Positions 9,276 through 18,404 of a DNA stretch of 64,000 bases are shown here, piece by piece. A model generated the notes under the pieces. The model saw only the letters and a list, made by a program, of their open reading frames with translations. It had not been told where the DNA came from and ran no database searches. This DNA comes from Actinomycetota bacterium. GTDB lineage: Bacteria > Actinomycetota > Acidimicrobiia > Acidimicrobiales > Ilumatobacteraceae. Location of the stretch: NCBI GenBank assembly GCA_029978335.1, contig JAPOJQ010000006.1, positions 864 through 64,863 of the forward strand. Direction: 5' to 3'. Positions within the stretch are counted from its first letter, which is position 1. Each line of letters starts with the position of its first letter. Made by a program: the position numbers and the translations under genes.

Positions 9276-10475
9276 ATGCGACCACTTGCTCGTCGGCTCG
9301 ATGATCTCGGAACAGAGACGGCATTCGCGGTATCGAAGGCAGCGTCAGAATGGGCTGCTCGCGGCAACACCGTCTACCCCTTTCATCTCGGAGACATTGA
9401 CCTGCCCACCCCTGGCAACATCGTTTCGGCGATGTCAGCAGCAATCGATGCCGGCCACACGGGCTACTGCCCTGCACCAGGGATCCCATCGTTGCGTGAG
9501 GCCTTAGCCCGCGACATCGGTGATCGGCGAGGGCTGTCACTGAGCGCCGATCAGATCGCAGTGCAGCCGGGCGGAAAGCCCGTGATCACCAAGTTCATCC
9601 AGACCTTGATGGAATCTGGCGCTGGGGTGCTTTACCCAAGCCCTGGATATCCGATCTACGAGAGCCAGGTCGAATACTTTGGCGGGCGGCCGTTGCCGTA
9701 CGGATATCGGCGCACGAGCAACGGATTTGACATCGACCTTGAACGCATCGCGGAGTTGGCGCCAACGGCGTCGCTGCTGATCTACAACAACCTGCAAAAT
9801 CCGCTCGGTTGTGAGAGCTCTCGCGAGGAGATGGAGGCAATCGCCGCCATCGCCATCGAACACGATCTGTGGGTGTTGTCCGATGAGGCGTATTTCGAGA
9901 TGCGCTATTCGGGCACCTCGACCTCGATCGCCTCGTTGCCAGACATGGAGGAACGGACGGTCATTCTGTACACGTTCTCCAAGAAGTTTGCGATGACCGG
10001 CTGGCGCCTCGGATGCGCTGCGGGGCCTCGGCAGGTGATCGACATGATCGCCAAACTCAACACCAACGATGAGAGTTGTACGACCCACTTTGTGCAACAC
10101 GCAGGTGTTGCTGCGCTCAACGACCCAACCGGAGCGGCGTCACTCCTTGCGGAGTTGCAACGCCGCCGGGACGCAACTGCGTCGGCGCTCGCCGACGTCC
10201 CTGGCGTGGCCTTTGCGGTGCCGGAAGCCACGTTCTACCTCTTCCCCGATGTGAGCGGGGCAATGGACATGACCGGTCACCGCTCGGTTGGTGAATTCGC
10301 GACTGCTGCGCTACACGCAACAGGAATGTCGTTCTGCACGAGGCATCACTTCGGTCGGCCGCTTCCCGACGAGGACGACCGCTCGATTCGCCTTGCCTAT
10401 TCGGGTATCGGAGTTGACGCCATCACCGAAGGCCTTGGTCGTTTCGCCGAGTGGGTCGCACGAGGTGGGAAGTGA
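9276..10475 (+). CDS. pyridoxal-phosphate-dependent aminotransferase, class I/II (aspartate/aromatic type)
   Basis: It has YTFSKKFAMTGWRLG (PLP-lysine SK..M.GWR.G motif) and NNLQNPLG, and is 399 aa long. Confidence 0.85.
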   Translation: MRPLARRLDDLGTETAFAVSKAASEWAARGNTVYPFHLGDIDLPTPGNIVSAMSAAIDAGHTGYCPAPGIPSLREALARDIGDRRGLSLSADQIAVQPGGKPVITKFIQTLMESGAGVLYPSPGYPIYESQVEYFGGRPLPYGYRRTSNGFDIDLERIAELAPTASLLIYNNLQNPLGCESSREEMEAIAAIAIEHDLWVLSDEAYFEMRYSGTSTSIASLPDMEERTVILYTFSKKFAMTGWRLGCAAGPRQVIDMIAKLNTNDESCTTHFVQHAGVAALNDPTGAASLLAELQRRRDATASALADVPGVAFAVPEATFYLFPDVSGAMDMTGHRSVGEFATAALHATGMSFCTRHHFGRPLPDEDDRSIRLAYSGIGVDAITEGLGRFAEWVARGGK

Positions 10476-11428
10476 CCAACATCGTGGTGACGGGCCGGAT
10501 TCCGCATCCTGGAATTGAGCGACTTGGAACGGTTGGTTCGGTCTGGGCGTGGGATGACGATGAGCCAATTCCTACCGATGTGCGTAACGCTCACCTCGCT
10601 CATGCCGATGTGGCGGTGACGCTGCTCACTGACCGCGTGGACGATGCGTTCCTTGACGCTGCCCCGCAACTCCGAATGGTTGCCAATGTTGCCGTTGGCT
10701 ACAACAACATCGACGTCGCTGCATGCCAGCGACGCAACGTCATCGTGACCAATACCCCAGGGGTGCTGACCGACGCGACCGCCGACCTCGCCATGGCGCT
10801 CGTGTTGATGAGCACGCGTCGCCTTGGTGAAGGTGAGCGACTGATTCGCTCTGGAGCAGCGTGGCAGTGGGGCATGTTCATGATGCTCGGACGGGGCTTG
10901 CAGGGCCGGCAACTCGGCATCGTTGGCATGGGTGGCATCGGGGTGGCGTTGGCCCGCCGTGCTCGGTCGTTCGGGATGACGATCGCATACCACAATCGCT
11001 CAGCGGTCAACGCTGATGTGGCAAACGAACTTGGCGCAACGCGACATGAGTTGAGACAACTTCTCGCTACGAGCGATGTGGTGTCGCTGAACTGTCCGTA
11101 CTCGCCAGAGACGCATCACCTCATTGATGCTGACGCACTCCAATCGATGCGCAGCGATGCGTTCCTCATCAATACGGCCCGCGGTCCGATTGTCGACGAG
11201 GCGGCACTCGTTGCTGCGTTGCGCAACGGCGCCATTGCTGGTGCAGGCCTCGACGTCTTTGAGCACGAGCCCACGGTGCATCCCGATCTGTTGCAACTTG
11301 ACAATGTCGTGTTGGTGCCGCACCTCGGTTCGGCAACGGTTGAGACTCGGACCGCCATGGCGATGCTCGCTGCTGACAACGTGGTGGCAGTCGTCAACGG
11401 TGGAGCACCGCTCACCCCGGTTGGTTGA
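10472..11428 (+). CDS. D-isomer-specific 2-hydroxyacid dehydrogenase (glyoxylate/hydroxypyruvate reductase-like)
   Basis: It has GIVGMGGIGVALARRARSFGM (NAD fold), ..NTARG.., and PHLGSAT. I set the start to GTG 10472, which forms a GTGA overlap with the aminotransferase stop and has GAGGTGGGA upstream. Confidence 0.85.
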   Translation: MTNIVVTGRIPHPGIERLGTVGSVWAWDDDEPIPTDVRNAHLAHADVAVTLLTDRVDDAFLDAAPQLRMVANVAVGYNNIDVAACQRRNVIVTNTPGVLTDATADLAMALVLMSTRRLGEGERLIRSGAAWQWGMFMMLGRGLQGRQLGIVGMGGIGVALARRARSFGMTIAYHNRSAVNADVANELGATRHELRQLLATSDVVSLNCPYSPETHHLIDADALQSMRSDAFLINTARGPIVDEAALVAALRNGAIAGAGLDVFEHEPTVHPDLLQLDNVVLVPHLGSATVETRTAMAMLAADNVVAVVNGGAPLTPVG

Positions 11429-11449
11429 TTCCCGCTACCGTCTCGGTCT

Positions 11450-11902
11450 ATGCCGATTGACGGGGAATACCGACCGAGCACCATCGAATGGGTAGCGAAT
11501 CAAGTCGCCGAGTACGAGGCGTCTGGCGGTACGCGTGCCAACACGCTTCGTGAGACGGGAATTCCTGTCATCATCGTGACCATGCGCGGCGCTCAAAGCG
11601 GAGCGGTTCGAAAGATCGCTTTAATGCGCGTCGAGCACGAGGGTGCGTACGCCCTCGTTGCCTCACGAGGCGGTGCCTCGTATAACCCAGCGTGGTACGC
11701 GAACCTGCTTGCCGATCCACACGTGATGATTCAAGATGGCCCCGAGCCGCGTTCGTACACGGTCCGCGAGGTCACCGGAGCAGAGCGAGAGTTGTGGTGG
11801 GACCGCTCGGTGGCAGTGTTCCCGACGTACGCCGAATATGAAGTGTCAGCTGGTGCCAGCGGACGCATCATCCCGGTGTTCGTCGCTGAACCGACCGTCT
11901 GA
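11450..11902 (+). CDS. nitroreductase-family deazaflavin (F420)-dependent oxidoreductase (DDN / PF04075-like)
   Basis: The 150-aa product carries ..IPVIIVTMRGAQSGAVRKIALMRVEHEG.YALVASRGGASYNPAWYANLLADPHVMIQDG..ERELWWDRSVAVFPTYAEYE. Confidence 0.8.
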   Translation: MPIDGEYRPSTIEWVANQVAEYEASGGTRANTLRETGIPVIIVTMRGAQSGAVRKIALMRVEHEGAYALVASRGGASYNPAWYANLLADPHVMIQDGPEPRSYTVREVTGAERELWWDRSVAVFPTYAEYEVSAGASGRIIPVFVAEPTV

Positions 11903-14134
11903 TCAAGAGATCAGTTCGAGCGCAGCGTTGAGAGTGGCGCTCGGTCGCATCGCCGCCGAGGCCATCGCCACATCGGGTTGGTAGTAGCCGCCGACATCGA
12001 TGGCGGCGCCCTGCACTGCTGCCAACTCATTGACGATCGTCTGCTCATTACCGGTCAACGCCGCTGCAAGCGGAGCGAAACGTCCTGCGAGTTCGGGATC
12101 CTCGGTCTGGGCGGCGAGCTCCTGTGCCCAGTACAAGGCGAGATAGAAGTGGCTACCACGGTTGTCGAGGCCACCCACTCGGCGCGCTGGACTCCGGTCG
12201 TTCTCGAGCACCGAGCCGGTGGCCGCATCAAGGGTTTCGGCCAAGATGCCCGCACGACGATCGCCCGTTACCGAGGCGAGATGTTCAAACGACACGGCGA
12301 GGGCGAGGAACTCGCCGAGCGAATCCCAGCGAAGGTAGTTCTCAGACTGGAACTGCTGGACGTGCTTGGGCGCCGATCCGCCGGCGCCGGTCTCAAACAG
12401 GCCACCACCATTCATCAAGGGCACAATCGACAGCATCTTGGCGCTCGTGCCGAGTTCGAGGATCGGGAACAAGTCGGTCAGATAGTCACGCAAGACGTTG
12501 CCGGTGACCGAGATGGTGTCAAGGCCTTGGCGGATCCGTTGGATTGAGTATGTGGTCGCGTCGACGGGGGACATGACCTCGATGGTGAGGCCCGAGGTAT
12601 CGTGGTCGCCGAGGTAGGTGCGAACCTTTGCGATGAGCTCGCGGTCGTGGGCACGGTCGGCATCCAGCCAGAAGACTGCCGGTGCTCCGGTGGCGCGGGC
12701 CCGTGATACGGCGAGTTTCACCCAGTCTCGGATCGGCGCATCCTTCACGGTGCACATACGCCAGATGTCACCCGCGCTCACCGCATGGCTCATCACCGTC
12801 TCGCCGGCGGCGTTGACGACACGGACGGTGCCGCTGCTGGCAATTTCAAAGGTCTTGTCGTGAGAGCCGTATTCCTCAGCCTTTTGCGCCATGAGTCCCA
12901 CGTTGGGCACCGAGCCCATCGTCGACGGGTCATAGGCGCCGTTGGCGCGGCAGTCATCGATGACTGCTTGGTAGACGCCGGCATAGCTCGAATCGGGGAT
13001 GACGGCCTTCGTGTCTTGTTGCTCGCCGGCGGCATTCCACATCTGGCCAGAGGTGCGGATCATCGCTGGCATTGACGCGTCGACGATCACATCGCTTGGC
13101 ACGTGAAGGTTGGTGATGCCCCGATCGGAGTCGACCATTGCCAAAGCTGGACCCTGGGCCAATTCGCTGGTGATCGCTGCCTCGATCTCGGCACGACGGT
13201 CTGTGGGCAGCGACGCGACGGCAGCGAGGATCGAGCCAAGGCCGTTGTCAGGATCGGCGCCTGCTGAGGAGAGATCAGCGCCGAAGCGAGTGAACACGCC
13301 GGGAAGGAAGGCCCGCACCGCATGGCCAAAGATGATCGGGTCGGAGACCTTCATCATCGTGGCCTTCATGTGGAGCGAGAACAGAATTCCCGATGCCTTC
13401 GCATCAGCGATCTGCTGATCAAGGAATGAGCGCAACGCTGCAACATCCATGAACGTGCTGTCGACGACCTCGCCTGCCAAAACAGGAACCGACTGCTTGA
13501 GGACGGTGATGGTGCCGTCGGTTGCGACGTGCTCAATCCGCAACGAGTCGTCGGCCGACATCGTGACCGACTGCTCGTTGGAGCGGAAGTCGTGCGCTCC
13601 CATCGTGGCGACATGGGTGGTCGATGACGGCGACCACGCGCCCATCGAGTGGGGGTGCGAGCGGGCGTACTCCTTGACGGCGCGTGGGGCGCGGCGATCG
13701 GAGTTGCCTTCACGCAGCACCGGGTTGACCGCGGATCCCTTCACCCGGTCATAACGGGCGCGAATATCGCGTTCTTCGTCGGTGGAGGGATCATCGGGAT
13801 GATCGGGGATGTCGTACCCCTTGGCTTGAAGCTCAGCGATTGCTGCTTTCAACTGGGGGAGCGAGGCCGAAATGTTCGGCAGTTTGATGATGTTCGCCTC
13901 GGGGTGAAGCGTCATCTCGCCGAGGATCGAGAGAAAGTCAGGAATGCGCTGTTCGGGCCGAAGGCGCTCTGGGAACGACGAGATGATGCGACCCGCCAAC
14001 GAGATATCCGGTGACGTGACCTCGATGCCTGCTGCAGCAGCAAAAGCACGAATGATCGGCAGCAACGAGAACGTTGCTAAGGCCGGGGCCTCGTCGGTGT
14101 AGGTGTACTCAATGGTGGGGGTGGGCTTGGTCAT
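11903..14134 (-). CDS. icd: NADP-dependent isocitrate dehydrogenase, monomeric type
   Basis: The ~743-aa product starts [28 protein letters not shown], typical of monomeric IDH. I set the start to ATG 14134 (GAGAGGGAAG upstream); the longer track start at 14173 would overlap the eamA-like gene. Confidence 0.93.
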   Translation of the reverse strand: MTKPTPTIEYTYTDEAPALATFSLLPIIRAFAAAAGIEVTSPDISLAGRIISSFPERLRPEQRIPDFLSILGEMTLHPEANIIKLPNISASLPQLKAAIAELQAKGYDIPDHPDDPSTDEERDIRARYDRVKGSAVNPVLREGNSDRRAPRAVKEYARSHPHSMGAWSPSSTTHVATMGAHDFRSNEQSVTMSADDSLRIEHVATDGTITVLKQSVPVLAGEVVDSTFMDVAALRSFLDQQIADAKASGILFSLHMKATMMKVSDPIIFGHAVRAFLPGVFTRFGADLSSAGADPDNGLGSILAAVASLPTDRRAEIEAAITSELAQGPALAMVDSDRGITNLHVPSDVIVDASMPAMIRTSGQMWNAAGEQQDTKAVIPDSSYAGVYQAVIDDCRANGAYDPSTMGSVPNVGLMAQKAEEYGSHDKTFEIASSGTVRVVNAAGETVMSHAVSAGDIWRMCTVKDAPIRDWVKLAVSRARATGAPAVFWLDADRAHDRELIAKVRTYLGDHDTSGLTIEVMSPVDATTYSIQRIRQGLDTISVTGNVLRDYLTDLFPILELGTSAKMLSIVPLMNGGGLFETGAGGSAPKHVQQFQSENYLRWDSLGEFLALAVSFEHLASVTGDRRAGILAETLDAATGSVLENDRSPARRVGGLDNRGSHFYLALYWAQELAAQTEDPELAGRFAPLAAALTGNEQTIVNELAAVQGAAIDVGGYYQPDVAMASAAMRPSATLNAALELIS

Positions 14135-14150
14135 CTTCCCTCTCATCTCC

Positions 14151-15104
14151 TTATGCCGAGTCGTGGCGCGCAATTCCGTCGGGCACGGAGGCTATCGGCG
14201 CCGTTGGTGGCGGGGTTGGGGTGGGCACTCGCTGTGCGCTGACCACCGCAGCGAGCGCGGCCACCACCGCCGCGATGGCGATGACTTGCACCCGATCAAG
14301 TGCCTCGTCGAGGAAGATCCATGCGGTGATCGACGACACCACGGGAATCAGCAGCGTGGCAACCGATCCGAGCCAGAGCGGGATGCGGGTCAAGGCCCAA
14401 TTCATCGTCGAATGGCCGAGCACCCCACCCATCACCACGAGCACCCCGAGGACGAGCCAGTGTCCCGGGCCGGGGAGCGACATGTCCTGCCCGAATGCGA
14501 GTCCGACCGGAAGCGATACTGCAGCGGTCCAGAAACCGGTGCCGAGGGTGTACTCGGTCGAGGTCAACGTTCCTGCAGATCGTTTCGACATCACGAGGTA
14601 GCCGGTCCATGCAAACAAGGCTCCGAGCGCGGCGAGATCACCCGAACCGCTCCACTGCGGGGTGCCCGTTGACCGTGTCACCACGATGACCACGCCCGAA
14701 ATAGCGGCGAGCGCAGCGGCGATCTCCCTGAGGCGGATCTTCTCGCCAAAGAATCGATAGGCGATGCCAGCGATGATCACCGGTTGCATCGCGCCGATGG
14801 TCGTGGCATTGACCACACTTGTCGTCTTCACCGCCGTGAAGAACAACACGACGTCAAGCCCGAGAAAGATGCCACCGGCCATCGAGTGCTTCAGGATGCG
14901 CAGCGTGGGCAATCCGTGCCGGATGGAGTACACGACGGCGATCGCCAAGGTGTAGAGCGCGAATCGATAGAACGAAATGGCGACTGGGTCAAGGTCAACC
15001 GCTTTGACCACCACGCCACTCGTACCCCACGCTGCAACAGCGATCGCTGCTGCACCAAGGCCGAACGGGTGAAGTTGCTCGGGGCGGTTGTCGCTTGACG
15101 GCAC
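14151..15104 (-). CDS. DMT-superfamily (EamA-like) transporter
   Basis: It has about 10 TM helices in two EamA-type halves and a Pro/Thr-rich C-terminal tail. Confidence 0.8.
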   Translation of the reverse strand: MPSSDNRPEQLHPFGLGAAAIAVAAWGTSGVVVKAVDLDPVAISFYRFALYTLAIAVVYSIRHGLPTLRILKHSMAGGIFLGLDVVLFFTAVKTTSVVNATTIGAMQPVIIAGIAYRFFGEKIRLREIAAALAAISGVVIVVTRSTGTPQWSGSGDLAALGALFAWTGYLVMSKRSAGTLTSTEYTLGTGFWTAAVSLPVGLAFGQDMSLPGPGHWLVLGVLVVMGGVLGHSTMNWALTRIPLWLGSVATLLIPVVSSITAWIFLDEALDRVQVIAIAAVVAALAAVVSAQRVPTPTPPPTAPIASVPDGIARHDSA

Positions 15105-15147
15105 AGACCGAGACTACGAAGAGTGGGCGCTATTCACGCTGTCCAGA

Positions 15148-15771
15148 TCAGCGCAAGGCGGCGAAGGCAGACCGAATTGCTCCGAGAAGGTCGTCGTAGT
15201 CATCGAGTGCGGGTAGGTCAGGGAACTCGGCTTGCACCCGCTCGGGAGAGCGGAACAGAAAGCCGGCGTGCGCCGCTCGCAACATTGTCGTGTCGTTGTA
15301 GGAGTCGCCAGCAGCGACAACGGTGAACTCGAGCGATTGCAGTGCTTCGACTGCCCGACGCTTCTGATCCGGAAGTCGCAGTCGGTAGTCGACAATGCGG
15401 TCATCGGCAATCACGAGTCGATGACACCAAATCGTCGGCCATCCAAGTTGTGCCATCAGTGGTGCAGCGAACTGTTCAAAGGTGTCGCTCAGAATGACGA
15501 CCTGCACCTCCGAACGCAAGGTGTCGAGAAATTCTCGGGCACCGGCAAGTGGTGATAGCCCTGCGATGACGTCGGCAACGGTCGACATGGTGAGCCCGTG
15601 ATGGTCGAGAATGTCGAGACGTTGTCGCATGAGGACGTCATAGTCGGGTTCGTCGCGAGTGGTGCGCCGCAAGGCCTCGATACCGGTTCGTTCCGCGACT
15701 GCGATCCAAATCTCAGGAACGAGCACGCCCTCGAGGTCGAGGGTGACGATCTGCTGGCGATGGTCGCTCAT
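15148..15771 (-). CDS. thrH: ThrH-type phosphoserine phosphatase / homoserine phosphotransferase (HAD family)
   Basis: IVTLDLEGVLVPEIWIAVAERTGIEALRRTTRDEPDYDVLMRQRLDILDHHGL..VVILSDTFEQFAAPLMAQLGWPTIWCHRL..AAGDSYNDTTMLRAAHAGFLF is near-collinear with my recollection of P. aeruginosa ThrH. Confidence 0.85.
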   Translation of the reverse strand: MSDHRQQIVTLDLEGVLVPEIWIAVAERTGIEALRRTTRDEPDYDVLMRQRLDILDHHGLTMSTVADVIAGLSPLAGAREFLDTLRSEVQVVILSDTFEQFAAPLMAQLGWPTIWCHRLVIADDRIVDYRLRLPDQKRRAVEALQSLEFTVVAAGDSYNDTTMLRAAHAGFLFRSPERVQAEFPDLPALDDYDDLLGAIRSAFAALR

Positions 15772-17270
15772 GAGCCCAAGCTAGGCCCCGACGCGGCCAT
15801 AGCGCCTGAGGTTCCTATCGGCGTGATGGTTCGGACTCGGCGGAGGATGCGCGTGAGGCGAACCGTGACCTGGGCGCCAATCGGGGCACCAGCGCGGGCA
15901 TCGACCAGCAACGGATGAATCGTTGCGTGCTCTCCGTCATCGACGGCCAACTCGATAAGGGGGGCACCGTCGTGGCCGCCGCCGACGATGAACTGTCGAG
16001 CACGCCCGGTGAGCGTGTCGTCGTGCGGCAGGCGAACGTCGATGACGGTACCGCTGACCTCACGGGTCGCGACAACGTCGATCAGTCCTACAACGACTGC
16101 GATGATAGATATCGCAAGAGGAACGAGCGCCAGTGATGCGACAGTGGAGAGATGCTGATCGAGTGGGCCGAGAGCATCAGGAACGGATTGTTCGAGGTCG
16201 GTCATCCAGCCGGTATCTCGAATCGCAGCAACAACCGACCGGATCGCCGTGGTCGCAATGACGCCTCCGATACCTCCGGCGATGACGAACCCGGGTCGTG
16301 CAGCTTCGCCGGGCAGCCACAGCCGGTGAATACGTACGACTCTTGCGGTGCCTGATGCCATCGACCAGATTCGGCGTTCGCGGGAGGTGGAGGTCAGCGG
16401 CACTTCGCGCGTGACCGCGCTGGGCAGGCCGAGAGCGACCGCTGCCGCAAGGTCGGACCGAGAGCCGAGGCCGTCTCCCGTTGTCGTCGACGCGGCGTGG
16501 TGTTCGAGGCGGCGGCTGGCGACGATCGCCATCGAGGTGCCGGCAGGGGTAAGTACGTCGGCTGGTTCGAGCAGTGAGAACACGCAGCGAGACGTCAACA
16601 CGCCGCCCGCACATCCGACGGCGATCCACCAGATGTCGATACCGGCGACGTCACGGGCAACGATCGCGGTCACGGTGGTGACGGCGGCGATGAACGCAAT
16701 CAGGGCGCCAATCGCTGCCGGGATCTGCAACGAGATCGGTGATACCCGTTGGCTCGTGTAGCCCGCAGCCCGAGCCTGCGCGGCGATCGCTGAACGGAAC
16801 CGTGCCCACCACCATCGACTCGGCGGTGCAGCAGCGAGCGTGCCGGTCGAGACCTCTGCGACTGCCTGGTGATCTCGGCTCGGACGCCATGCCCTTGATC
16901 GAAGATGCTCGGCAACAATCTGCTGATGCGGCAACATCGGTGCCCACGCGTCGGGATCACTGATCGCCAACACGACGTCATTTCCCTGCCGTTCGATGAT
17001 GCTGACGGTGCCGAGATCGATGAGCTCGGCGACGGTCGCTGCGGCGCTCACATCGAGCACGCGGCACGGCGCTCCGTCAGCGCCTGAGACCACATACGCC
17101 AACACCGCAGCGCTTGGCTCGCGTGCAGGGGCAGCAGCCGTGTACGCCTCCGAACTTCCTCGGGTTGGAAACCTGCCCGACTCGATCGACCACCGAATGA
17201 GGTGGCCGGCGACAACGAGTAAGGCGGCGACGGTGACCACTGCCCCAGGGACCATGTCAGCCTTGCTCAC
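15768..17270 (-). CDS. hypothetical polytopic membrane protein (DUF2207-like architecture?)
   Basis: The 500-aa product has an N-terminal TM helix, about 4-5 further TM helices, soluble loops and a C-terminal beta-rich domain. I recognised no motif. It is coupled to thrH by an ATGA overlap, and its start overlaps the 3' end of mscS by 14 nt. Confidence 0.55.
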   Translation of the reverse strand: MSKADMVPGAVVTVAALLVVAGHLIRWSIESGRFPTRGSSEAYTAAAPAREPSAAVLAYVVSGADGAPCRVLDVSAAATVAELIDLGTVSIIERQGNDVVLAISDPDAWAPMLPHQQIVAEHLRSRAWRPSRDHQAVAEVSTGTLAAAPPSRWWWARFRSAIAAQARAAGYTSQRVSPISLQIPAAIGALIAFIAAVTTVTAIVARDVAGIDIWWIAVGCAGGVLTSRCVFSLLEPADVLTPAGTSMAIVASRRLEHHAASTTTGDGLGSRSDLAAAVALGLPSAVTREVPLTSTSRERRIWSMASGTARVVRIHRLWLPGEAARPGFVIAGGIGGVIATTAIRSVVAAIRDTGWMTDLEQSVPDALGPLDQHLSTVASLALVPLAISIIAVVVGLIDVVATREVSGTVIDVRLPHDDTLTGRARQFIVGGGHDGAPLIELAVDDGEHATIHPLLVDARAGAPIGAQVTVRLTRILRRVRTITPIGTSGAMAASGPSLGS

Positions 17271-18330
17271 CGTCCTGGCGCACCCACACCGTTCGCTGTG
17301 GGAACGGAATCTCGATACCGAGTCCGTCGAAGACTGACTTCACGTGCTCGCGGATCGCCCGCTGGATCGCCCACTGGTCGCCCGGATCAACCTTGACGGT
17401 GACCCTCAAGGTGATGCCGTCGGCTCCGAGCGATTCGACACCGAGCACCGTTGGCTGGTCGAGCACTGATTCGAGAAAATCCGTTCGTTCGCACACCTCG
17501 CGGGCGGCGCGCTCAAGCGCGGCCCGGGCCGCCGCAATGTCGGTGTCATAGGCAACGTCAACATCGACGACGGCGACCGACCACAACTGCGACAAGTTGC
17601 CGACGCGACGAACTTCACCATTGGGAACATGCCACACGGTGCCGTTCAGCGAGCGCAACACCGTCGCTCGCAAGGTGATCCGCTCGACCGTACCCACCGC
17701 CTCACCGAGATCGACCACATCGCCCAGCCCGTATTGATCCTCCATCAGCATGAACAGACCGGCGATGCAGTCTTTGACCATGCTCTGGGCGCCGAAGCCA
17801 ACTGCAACACCTGCGATACCGGCTCCCGCGATCAGGGGACCGAGATCGATGCCGATCGTGCCGAGCGCAGTGGTGAAGCCGATGCTCCACACGGCGACAC
17901 CAGCGGTTGAACCGAGCACATTTGAGATCGATTGGGCCCTCGCCTGTCGACGCTCTTCAAGAATCGGATCACCGTCAGCAACATCACCGAGCAACGAACT
18001 CCCAGGAATGCCTAACTTCTCAAGACGATCGAGTGCACCTGAGCGGTCGGACGCAACAACATGAGCGACGACCCGACGCACTGAACGCTTAACCAGTTTG
18101 TTTGCCATCCACGTCACGATGAGCACGCCAAAGAGCCGCAGGGGCTTATCGAGGAACCACTCGGCGAATTCTGCGGCGGTGGTGTTTCCCGTGAGGTCGA
18201 GCACCCATTGACACAGTGCTCCGCCGTTCTCGCACGTGTCGGAGGTGTCGGTCGCTTGACGAGGGAGGAGATCGAGGCCGGACCACACCGCCCTGACGAC
18301 GTCCACCGCGTTGGAGGCTGGCGTAGTCAT
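17257..18330 (-). CDS. mechanosensitive ion channel family protein (MscS-like)
   Basis: It has GIAGVAVGFGAQSMVKDCIAGLFMLMEDQYGLGDVVDLGEAVGTVERITLRATVLRSLNGTVWHVPNGEV. I set the start to ATG 18330 (MTTPASNAV..) because the longest start at 18390 leaves only 14 nt to divergent ugd. Confidence 0.85.
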   Translation of the reverse strand: MTTPASNAVDVVRAVWSGLDLLPRQATDTSDTCENGGALCQWVLDLTGNTTAAEFAEWFLDKPLRLFGVLIVTWMANKLVKRSVRRVVAHVVASDRSGALDRLEKLGIPGSSLLGDVADGDPILEERRQARAQSISNVLGSTAGVAVWSIGFTTALGTIGIDLGPLIAGAGIAGVAVGFGAQSMVKDCIAGLFMLMEDQYGLGDVVDLGEAVGTVERITLRATVLRSLNGTVWHVPNGEVRRVGNLSQLWSVAVVDVDVAYDTDIAAARAALERAAREVCERTDFLESVLDQPTVLGVESLGADGITLRVTVKVDPGDQWAIQRAIREHVKSVFDGLGIEIPFPQRTVWVRQDGEQG

Positions 18331-18404
18331 GCCGTCGACCCTAACGGCCCCACTAGCCTCCGCTGGTGCACGCCGACCTTGGTGCGACACGTTGAGGAGT
18401 AGTC

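Noticed and set aside
11899-11914. A small hairpin CTGATC-aaga-GATCAG spanning the two convergent stop codons of the DDN gene and icd, a possible bidirectional terminator.
   Set aside because: The stem is only 6 bp, is AT-containing and has no U-tract. It is too weak to call.
15148-15771. The idea that thrH is a recent horizontal acquisition from proteobacteria.
   Set aside because: By eye its codon usage and GC content match the neighbouring genes, and it is translationally coupled within a native-looking operon. I cannot support the idea without phylogeny.
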